IMG/VR virus record: IMGVR_UViG_3300010347_000503
Location: 26,894 to 90,893 of that record
Origin: a virus
Lineage: Duplodnaviria > Caudoviricetes
Reading direction: 5' to 3' (one strand)
DNA length: 64,000 bases
A program made the translations under genes and the position numbers. The notes beneath the pieces were generated by a model. That model was given only the letters and a program-made list of their open reading frames with translations. It was not told the DNA's origin and did no database searches. This document shows positions 56,701 through 64,000 of this stretch, piece by piece (within the stretch, counting starts at the first letter, position 1; the number at the start of each line of letters is the position of its first letter).

Positions 56701-59700
56701 GGAAAGACGATTTAGCTAAATATGGAGTAGTTCCACAAAAAACTTCCATTAGTGAAATGCCAGTTCTATCTACAGATATGATGCCTCATCTTATTAGAGG
56801 CATGATTGATGGAGATGGTTGGATTTCATTTAATTCACATCAAATTGGGTTTTGTGGCAATGAAAAAACTGTTAATCAATTAAAAGAATATCTTGTAAAA
56901 ACTTTAAATGTTTATGATGTAAAAGTAATTCATGCAAGTGAAAATTTGTGGCAAATTACTTGGGCATCACAAAAAGATATTGAAAAAATAGGTAACTACA
57001 TTTATCAAAATAAAGATAATTGTTTTTTATCTCGAAAATATAATAATTTCTTACAAATAATTCATGGCAATACCGAGGTAAATAGTTAGATTGCGAAAGG
57101 CTAGCTATCACCGTAACGCGTAGTGGGTGAATAAATATAATCCCACCAAGAGTGCTCAACCCTGACCGCGTAATGGCGAAGGTGAAGATGTACGCTACAC
57201 TGGAATGGAAAAGACCATTCGATGAAAATGAGAGAAATCTCCAGAGCACAGGATAAAAAGCCTGTGGTTAATAACTATTGCAATTACCTTTTACATCTAT
57301 CAACTATGGTACTTGTACATTACCAGAAGGTAGGATGGTAATTAAAGCATTACTTGAAGGTAGTATTAAAGGAGTGGGAAAATTTCATAAAACTCCTATT
57401 TTTCCTTGTGGAATATTTCAATGTATGAAAGGAGTAAATCGTAAGCCGGAAGACCCTAACTATGATATGTATCAATTAGCTTTAAAATCAACAGCTAAAA
57501 GATTATATCCTAATTATGCTAATGTAGATTGGAGCGGAAATGCTGGTTATGATATAAATGACCCTAGAACATATTTCAGTACCATGGGTTGCAGAACTAG
57601 CAATGGATATGATATAAATGGTTTTGGACAGTTAAAAGATGGTAGAGGAAATATTGCTCCTGTCACTATTATTATGCCAACATTAGCTATGATGGCAAAA
57701 AATAAAGTAAATAATTTACCTGCCTATAAAGTTTTAGAAGAAGAAAGAAAAACAGAAGTATATGTAGAAAAATTTATGCAACTTCTTGATGAAAAAATAC
57801 ATGAAGCAAAAGACCAGTTAATTGAAAGATTTGAATACATTTGTTCTCAACCAGCAGAATCTGCTAAATTTATGTATGAAAATGGGGTAATGGCTGGATA
57901 TATTCCTGAAGAAGGTATTCGTTCAGCTCTTAAACATGGTACTCTTGCTGTGGGTTAACCTAAATGGCCCACATTAAATGCTCTAAATTGCGGGAACCCC
58001 CTAAGAGCCTTAACAACCAAGCTTATATAGGAATATATAAGTGGCGAGGTTAGCGACCAAGGTATGGTAACATCGTTAAGGATTGGGAAACCAGACGCAG
58101 CGAAGCCTCTAGAGCAGAGGAACGTTCAACGACTATAATGGGCAAAATTGAAAATTTGACCTTTGAAAAGTTTTATGGCACAATAGAAAAAAACACGGAG
58201 GTCAATAAAATGATAGAAAATGGAAAAATTTATAAATACAAAATCAATCAATCTATCAATCAATTTATGGTATAGTCTAATCCCTAAAAAAATATCTCGA
58301 AAGAGAGGGTATTATTGCAACTAGGTTTAGCGGAAACTCTTCAAATATTAATTGGTTGTGACCATACTGAAGAAAAAGGTATGAAATTTGCTAAGCAGAT
58401 AGAACAACTTTTCAAAGATAAATGCGCTCAGTTCAAAGAAGAATATAAGCTTAACTTTGGAGTCTATTACACTCCTAAACTACTCGGATTGGGAGTCGCG
58501 TAGGTGACTACGTGTTAAAACAACCTTACTAAACGGGCAAGCGTAATAAGCTGGTAAGAAAGGCTAAACCGCAATGCGGCAGGCTAATCCCGTAGGACGA
58601 AACAAAAAAATATTGGACAGAAATGCGAATTTGTGTATAATAAATTTTTATATATAATAACAAAAAAAAGGAGAATACACAAAATGGCAAGAAGAAAATT
58701 AGAAAATAAATTAATTGATAAATCTCTTATTCAAGAAGAGATGAAACTTATAAATGGTAGTGATACTGATTATATAACTCCTTCAGGAGAAGTGTATAAA
58801 GATTATGGAAATAATAAATTTTTTCATAAAGCACAGTTTACAAATCATGGATATTGGTATTGTAATATAACATATCGAGAAGGTCAGCGACAGAAAAGAG
58901 TTCATATTTTAGTTGCTGAAGCATACGTACCAAATCCAGACAATCTTCCTATTGTATTACATTTAGATAGTAATAAAGAAAATAAACATTATACTAATCT
59001 TAAATGGGGCACTGTTTCTGAAAATACTAAACAAGCATTTGACGAAGGAATGGCTCATAATGATAAAAGTTGGGAAGATAGTCAATCAGTTCATGTTTGT
59101 CAATTTACTTTAGATGGAAAATTAATTGAAAAATTTGGTTCTGCTAGTGAGGCTCAAAGGCAAACAGGAATTACAAAAACTACTATTTTAAATCAATGTA
59201 AACATAAAGTAAAAACTAAACCAAGATGTGGTTATTGGTTTAGATACCTGTCCGAATATGAAGAAAAAGGTTTTGTTCTCTAACGACTATCGAAAGTATA
59301 ACTTAAGAGAAATACTTAAGTGAATAAATGAGTAGAGTAGCTGCGGCATCTGAGCCGCTGCGAAAGGTAAGGCTCTCTATATTTGGTAACAGAATATAGA
59401 GATGATAATATAGTCTAAACCTCTAATAAATATCGGGAAACCGAAGGTATAATTGGCCGAGAACTTATGCTATACGGCGATGAAAAAATTCAAACAAAAG
59501 TATGGTGAAATTCCTAATGTAAGTGATAGAGATTATTTTACAAATTCCATTAACAAAATAGTGGCTTAATAAAGTGATTTATTAAGAAAACCCAGTGAAC
59601 ATTTTTAATAAATGGTGTCTATTATAAATAGGCTAACGGTTCAGAAGATAGTAATATCAATATGAGTAAGAGAACTTAAATCCTTAATAAAGGACAAGGT

Positions 59701-61028
59701 AATACCGTGCTAAGTTTACTTTTTTACGAAAATATTATTAAAAATATAAAAGAAAGGAGGATAGAAATGGGTAGACCTGCAAAATATATTTATAATATTA
59801 ATGATATTGTTGATGATTATCAATGTATTAAAATAACAAAAAATTCTAATAATACTACTTGTTATATAATGCAATGTCAATGTTGTGGAAAAAAAAACAA
59901 ATGTTAGGAGCTACAATAGCTGCTCATAAAGGAACTAAACATAAAAGTTGTGGAAAAGGATTAGGCATTAGTTTTGATAAAGATTTTTATAATCGCTGGC
60001 AAAGCATGCGACAAAGAACTACTGAAAAATCCGTTCATAGTGAGCAATATTTTGAACGAGGAATTAATAGTGATGCTTTTGCAAGTTTTATTGATTTTTT
60101 TAATGCCATGTATCCTTCTTGGAAAGAGCATATTGCTAAATTCGGAGTCCATGATACTTCATTAGATAGAATTGATGTAGATAAATCTTATACCCCAGAA
60201 AATTGTCAATGGGTATGTTTAGATGAACAAAAAGGCAATATGCAAAAAACTATATATTTTACAGTTGAAGATTTAAATACTCATAAAATAGAATATTGTA
60301 AAAATGCAAATAAATATGCTTTTTTAAATCATTTACCTGAAAAATATATTAATGAAGTTATTAATAAAAATAGAGTATATCGAAATAAAAAATATACTCG
60401 AATTACTAAAGATGAATATGCAGAATATCATCTTAAAAACAAAACATTCGTAAAAAAGTAAAAAAGTGTAACGACTATCGAAAACATAACATAGAAGAAA
60501 AATCTATGTGAAGAAGTGAGTAGAGTAGATAAATATTTATCGAAGTGCTGGGGTTCTTTATTTTGGTAACAGAAATAAAGAATATGAGATAGTCTATTCC
60601 CTTAGAAATACTAAGAAATTAGGGGTTCTATAAGACATGTTCCAGTATGGAAAGAGATGTCACCAATAGAAAAAATAGACATAGAAAGTCAATTAACAGG
60701 ATATAGTAGTGCGGGATGCATTACTTATGTTGAGCTTGAAGGTGCGGTAATTCAAAATATTAAAGCACTTGAGACTCTTGTTAATTATGCTATGGATAAA
60801 GATATACCTTACTTTGCATTGAATGTACCTAATGATATGTGTGCTGATTGTGGTTATACAGGATTAATAACCGATACCTGTCCAGCATGCGGGGGGACCA
60901 ATATTCAAAGATTAAGACGCGTAACAGGTTACCTTACTGGAGATTACAAATCTGCTTTCAATATTGGTAAGCAACATGAAGTAGAAGATAGATATAAACA
61001 CAGTAAAAAACTTAGAGGGTTCATGTAA
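53768..61028 (+). CDS. nrdD: anaerobic ribonucleotide reductase; join(53768..55638,55969..55996,57281..57955,58318..58476,59456..59550,60635..61028), 1073-aa precursor, 769 aa after intein removal
   Basis: ATP cone; spliced YHNLNTLQSRSGNQLPFTS, AVGQLGLAE, YTPAENL, TNSIHVP; glycyl-radical RRVTGYL; C-terminal Zn site. Confidence 0.92.
54293..55204 (+). mobile_element. intein (304 aa) in NrdD with LAGLIDADG-like domain
   Basis: GMHN|CCARET...PNGITTGN|CLSIP; block-A Cys, terminal Asn, +1 Cys; LGFVLADG and FDGLYCADG. Confidence 0.88.
55639..55968 (+). mobile_element. group I intron 1 of nrdD (no ORF)
   Basis: P1 CCT|TA with TAGGG; ACGACTATC/GATATAGTC. Confidence 0.85.
55997..57280 (+). mobile_element. 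group I intron 2 of nrdD (variant P7)
   Basis: P1 GGAAAT/GTTTCC; GCGTA/TACGC; core very similar to dnaE intron 5. Confidence 0.88.
56151..57089 (+). CDS. intron-encoded LAGLIDADG endonuclease with N-terminal HTH repeats
   Basis: AYFLGFMLTDG and HLIRGMIDGDG. Confidence 0.88.
   Translation: MAKKVSPEIEQEVIKLYNSGLSMAKAGASYGISGATVMAILNRNNIPKRTKGGIYAIPEQEVITRYKNGESCQVIADSFKVTFHTISNILEKNNIARDNKYKNINLNENYFEKIDSSDKAYFLGFMLTDGNVSLNENTIRLSLSSKDEEILNIFKEKTGNENKICIREDEKHSERTFQLRSKKWKDDLAKYGVVPQKTSISEMPVLSTDMMPHLIRGMIDGDGWISFNSHQIGFCGNEKTVNQLKEYLVKTLNVYDVKVIHASENLWQITWASQKDIEKIGNYIYQNKDNCFLSRKYNNFLQIIHGNTEVNS
57956..58317 (+). mobile_element. group I intron 3 of nrdD (no ORF)
   Basis: P1 GTGGGT/GCCCAC; ACGACTATA/GTATAGTC. 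Confidence 0.88.
58477..59455 (+). mobile_element. group I intron 4 of nrdD
   Basis: P1 ACTCCT/GGGAGT; ACGACTATC/AATATAGTC. Confidence 0.88.
58684..59283 (+). CDS. intron-encoded HNH endonuclease with NUMOD1
   Basis: RVHILVAEAYVPNPDNLPIVLHLDSNKENKHYTNLKW. Confidence 0.88.
   Translation: MARRKLENKLIDKSLIQEEMKLINGSDTDYITPSGEVYKDYGNNKFFHKAQFTNHGYWYCNITYREGQRQKRVHILVAEAYVPNPDNLPIVLHLDSNKENKHYTNLKWGTVSENTKQAFDEGMAHNDKSWEDSQSVHVCQFTLDGKLIEKFGSASEAQRQTGITKTTILNQCKHKVKTKPRCGYWFRYLSEYEEKGFVL
59551..60634 (+). mobile_element. group I intron 5 of nrdD
   Basis: P1 CCAT/GTGG; ACGACTATC/GAGATAGTC; ligation gives ATA CAT GTT. Confidence 0.87.
59767..60461 (+). CDS. intron-encoded HNH-type endonuclease, -1 frameshift in A9 (59889-59897)
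   Basis: AAGGAGG RBS; CQCCG|KQMLG; YNRWQSMRQR; DRIDVDKSYTPENCQWV. Confidence 0.75.
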
Positions 61029-61098
61029 ATGAACCCTCTTTGAAAAAATAAAAAAATTATGTTATAATTAATATATATGAGATAAAAGGAGATAAATA

Positions 61099-61458
61099 AT
61101 GTCTGATATAGATTTAGGTATGAATTTATACGAATTTAATAAACAGGCTATGAATAGTGAAAGACCATTAGATCCTATTGCTCTGAATATTAAAACAATA
61201 GAAATAGCAAAAGAGATGGAAAAGAAAAAGTATTGGATGCTTTTATGCAATGAAAGAAAAGACTATTCGGTATTTGTAGTTAAAAAGAAAACCAATATTG
61301 CTGAAGAACTTAAAATTACTATTACAAATAGAGGACACATTTTAAGTATAGATAAACAAGAAGATGGCAGTTATGAAATTTGGATAAGAGATTTTGATAC
61401 CAAAGAAAATTTTGCTTATTATCTTTTTGATTATACCTTTGGCATTATTAAAGTATAA
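61099..61458 (+). CDS. hypothetical protein
   Basis: 119-aa ORF, AAGGAG RBS. Confidence 0.75.
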   Translation: MSDIDLGMNLYEFNKQAMNSERPLDPIALNIKTIEIAKEMEKKKYWMLLCNERKDYSVFVVKKKTNIAEELKITITNRGHILSIDKQEDGSYEIWIRDFDTKENFAYYLFDYTFGIIKV

Positions 61459-61466
61459 GAAAGGAA

Positions 61467-61736
61467 ATGAAGAAAATGGCAAGAAGTCATGTTGTAGTTA
61501 CTATTCATCCTTTCATCATGCGACAAGAGGTTAGCGCATATGTAGATGGAGTATGCGTAAAACATGCTGATTGCTCGATGGATGAAGTAGATAAAGTTTG
61601 TTATGCTTTCTGTAAAGAATTTGATATTCATCAAGTAGATTTTGCAGGAGTTACTAAATTTTGTGAACAGATAGAAAATAAAATGCTTACAAAACAAGAA
61701 TATGCTAACTTTGATTTATATTTTAATTATTATTAA
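61467..61736 (+). CDS. hypothetical protein
   Basis: 89-aa ORF. Confidence 0.7.
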   Translation: MKKMARSHVVVTIHPFIMRQEVSAYVDGVCVKHADCSMDEVDKVCYAFCKEFDIHQVDFAGVTKFCEQIENKMLTKQEYANFDLYFNYY

Positions 61737-61756
61737 AAAATAAGGAGATAAAAGGA

Positions 61757-62086
61757 ATGGGAAAATATTTAATTAGGTCAGTAAATACTTATAGAGTTGC
61801 TTCTGAATCTGAAGCTAAACAGTTGATTGAAGAAGCAAAAGCAGATCGCAACTTTACTCTTAGCAAATATTCATCTGAGTATAAATGCTCTAAAGCTAAA
61901 GGTGAGGTGGTCGATGAGTGGTATAGAGTAACTTTGACTGAAGATTTCACTTCTGAAAAGGAGCCTGATTGCACAACAACAGTAAGTTATAATGTAGATA
62001 AAGGAGCCTTCCCAGATCCCGTTGTAACAAAAGATAGTGATGATGAAAATAGCGATGACGATGATGAACCGGGGGATATGTTTTAA
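61757..62086 (+). CDS. hypothetical protein, acidic tail
   Basis: 109-aa ORF, AAGGA RBS. Confidence 0.75.
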   Translation: MGKYLIRSVNTYRVASESEAKQLIEEAKADRNFTLSKYSSEYKCSKAKGEVVDEWYRVTLTEDFTSEKEPDCTTTVSYNVDKGAFPDPVVTKDSDDENSDDDDEPGDMF

Positions 62087-62529
62087 TGAAAGTGAATGTA
62101 CCTTATAAGAAATTAAATTCTCTGGCTAAGACACCAGTATTTGGCAGTGAGTGTGCGGCAGGCGCTGACCTATATGCTGCAACTGATTACGATATTATTA
62201 TTCAACCACACCAAGAAGTTTCCATTGGAACAGGACTTGCTATGGCAGTTCCAGTTGGATTTTGGGGCGGTATTTATGCTAGAAGTGGTACGGCAAGAAA
62301 ACAGGGTTTGCGTCCATCGAACTGTGTCGGTGTTATTGATTCCGATTATCGTGGAGAAATTATTGTATCTGTGAGAAATGATACCGACGTTGATCAGATA
62401 ATTCCGGCTGGTTCAAGAATTGCTCAGTTCATTGTAGAGGAAAAGATTGATACTACATTTAATGAAGTAGATGAGCTTGATGAAACTGAACGCGGGACTG
62501 GGGGATTTGGCTCCACAGGGGTTAAATAA
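62086..62529 (+). CDS. dut: trimeric dUTPase
   Basis: AGADL, ARSG, GVIDSDYRGEI, RGTGGFGSTG. Confidence 0.93.
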   Translation: MKVNVPYKKLNSLAKTPVFGSECAAGADLYAATDYDIIIQPHQEVSIGTGLAMAVPVGFWGGIYARSGTARKQGLRPSNCVGVIDSDYRGEIIVSVRNDTDVDQIIPAGSRIAQFIVEEKIDTTFNEVDELDETERGTGGFGSTGVK

Positions 62530-62664
62530 AATGTAGCGGATAGAACATATGTTCTATCCGTTTTCTAATTATTTGGGTAAAATAAAAAAAACTATTTTAT
62601 AAAAAAATGATTTTATATTAGATATAAAATTTTATTTACCAATTTTAAAAGGAGGAAGGTTAAA

Positions 62665-62889
62665 ATGAATGATACCCATACACTTAAAGGTTTATTAAAA
62701 GTTATTTCTTATACTAAACCTATGACAATTAATCTTTATGATAAAGATAGTGAATTATTACTCATTACCTTTGGACTTCCTGGCTACCAGTATCTTGAAG
62801 ATACAATAGAAGATGATGAAGTAACAAAAATAGAGATAGTTAATATGCAAACATTAAATGTTTATATAGACACTTCTCTTGATAATTAA
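62665..62889 (+). CDS. hypothetical protein
   Basis: AAGGAGG RBS. Confidence 0.7.
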   Translation: MNDTHTLKGLLKVISYTKPMTINLYDKDSELLLITFGLPGYQYLEDTIEDDEVTKIEIVNMQTLNVYIDTSLDN

Positions 62890-62906
62890 TAAGGAGGTGC
62901 CTTTTT

Positions 62907-64000
62907 ATGTCAGATGTTTCTAAAATAAATATAGACAATATTGATTATGATATTAAAGATGAACTTTCAAGAAATCCTAATTGGGATGAAACGTATGAAG
63001 AAGGTTCTCTTCCTGTTGCAAAAGAGTATGTAGGAACTTCAATTCATAAAATTAGAGATATATTAAATGATTTTTCAGATGATTATGCAACTAAAAATGA
63101 ATTAAGTACAGCTGTAACAGCACTTCAAACAAATTTCCAGACTGGTGTTGATTTAATAGTAGAGGCTTGTGAAGATAAGGGGTCAACACCCGCCGGACAA
63201 TACCCTTATACACCACAAGCAGTTGCAGATGCAATTGATGCAATTCAAACAGGCGGCAACTATATGACTAAAGAAATAAGAGAAGATGGTACTTATTATG
63301 CTTCTGATGATGGAGTAGATGCATACGATATTGTTGTCGTATCTAAAGATGTAGGACAACCTCATACTGTAGTTTTCTATGGTCCTGATGGGAATATAAT
63401 AAAAACTCAAGCAAACGTTCCTTATCATGGTTACGCTAGTTGTACACAATTAGATGGAACAACAAGAAATGGATTATACTTTAAAGGGTGGAATCCATCT
63501 CCTACTAATATAATTAGAGATACATTTTGTTATCCCCAATATGGTGACTATATAATTGATAGTGGTGAGATACAGGATGATTGGGAAACCATCTGTGCAG
63601 TAAATGGTGCAGGTTATCCGTTGGGAAGTTATAAGGCGTTTGTTGTTGGAATGACAATTCCTGCGAATGAAATTATGTGTTATGGTACAGGGCATAACAC
63701 TAACGACAAGACAGGGTATCTGCCAAGAGAAAATTGGGGATTTTCACCGAATGTCAATTTGCCACTAAATTTTTCGTTTCACATGGTAAAGGTTGCAGAG
63801 GGCGAAGATAATAGCACATCAACATGGTTGAGTACCGGAGGCTTTGTGATCCCTATCACTATTCCTTATTATAATTATTATTCTAGGTGGCGTGACGGTA
63901 GTGGGGAATGGGTGAAACAGGACGGAAATGTAGGATTTTGTATAACTGATTTTGGGGATTGGTATACTTATACACACCCGCTTGGTTATAGCACGGAAAT
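62907..64000 (+). CDS. probable virion/tail-associated protein, runs off the window end (missing from ORF track)
   Basis: AAGGAGG RBS; frame open from MSDVSKINIDNIDYDIKD to the edge; G/Y/W-rich beta-type C-terminal part. Confidence 0.7.
   Translation, partial: MSDVSKINIDNIDYDIKDELSRNPNWDETYEEGSLPVAKEYVGTSIHKIRDILNDFSDDYATKNELSTAVTALQTNFQTGVDLIVEACEDKGSTPAGQYPYTPQAVADAIDAIQTGGNYMTKEIREDGTYYASDDGVDAYDIVVVSKDVGQPHTVVFYGPDGNIIKTQANVPYHGYASCTQLDGTTRNGLYFKGWNPSPTNIIRDTFCYPQYGDYIIDSGEIQDDWETICAVNGAGYPLGSYKAFVVGMTIPANEIMCYGTGHNTNDKTGYLPRENWGFSPNVNLPLNFSFHMVKVAEGEDNSTSTWLSTGGFVIPITIPYYNYYSRWRDGSGEWVKQDGNVGFCITDFGDWYTYTHPLGYSTE

Noticed and set aside
637-61070. CRISPR array suggested by repeated AAAAATTATGATATAATATATAT blocks
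   Set aside because: Irregular kb-scale spacing and a -35/-10 structure show these are promoters; no cas genes or spacer periodicity
23-63695. Minus-strand ORFs throughout
   Set aside because: Shadows of + strand genes; none has an RBS or recognisable motif
1-64000. Genome-wide TAG (code 15) or TGA recoding
   Set aside because: All long genes are intact in code 11; every interruption is explained by introns, frameshifts or the 8-nt insert
63640-64000. Diversity-generating retroelement variable region in the last gene
   Set aside because: Composition shifts, but no template repeat or reverse transcriptase is visible in the window
1-64000. rRNA genes, integrase or IS transposase
   Set aside because: No matching sequence or motifs seen

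Overview
A 64-kb piece of a large, AT-rich (roughly 30% GC by eye) tailed-phage genome, with all supported genes on the + strand. The host is probably a Bacillota/Clostridia-type gut bacterium, inferred from sigmaA-type TTGACA-17-TGnTATAAT promoters, AGGAGG ribosome-binding sites, a SleB-like hydrolase and a tmRNA tag ending in AA. (1) 0.7-10 kb is a tRNA/ncRNA island. It holds about 20 tRNAs, including an amber suppressor (CTA), Ile(TAT) and Leu(AAG), plus a tmRNA, anticodon-less tRNA-like RNAs, a repeated stem-ACAGCAA-stem cassette and long structured ORF-free stretches. Both proline tRNAs are interrupted. tRNA-Pro(TGG) carries a 668-nt insertion with complementary ends that encodes a PD-(D/E)XK endonuclease but has no group I ribozyme core. 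(2) 10-20.5 kb is an RNA end-healing/sealing neighbourhood: a split, intron-containing Ro60/TROVE-like vWA protein, an Rnl2-type RNA ligase, a PNK-like kinase, two metallophosphoesterases and a PIN-PhoH protein. (3) 21-44.6 kb holds replication and recombination genes: gyrBA, NAD ligase, ClpP-like, ThyX-like, SSB-like, Sak4-like, DnaB, primase, RecJ, RecD-like helicase and a DNA methyltransferase. (4) dnaE is split by 6 group I introns, and nrdD by 5 group I introns plus an intein, with 28-29-nt micro-exons. There are 12 group I introns in total, and all splice junctions were reconstructed by hand to give in-frame products. (5) The window ends with dUTPase and a truncated probable virion gene. 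All folds and counts were done by eye and no database searches were run.
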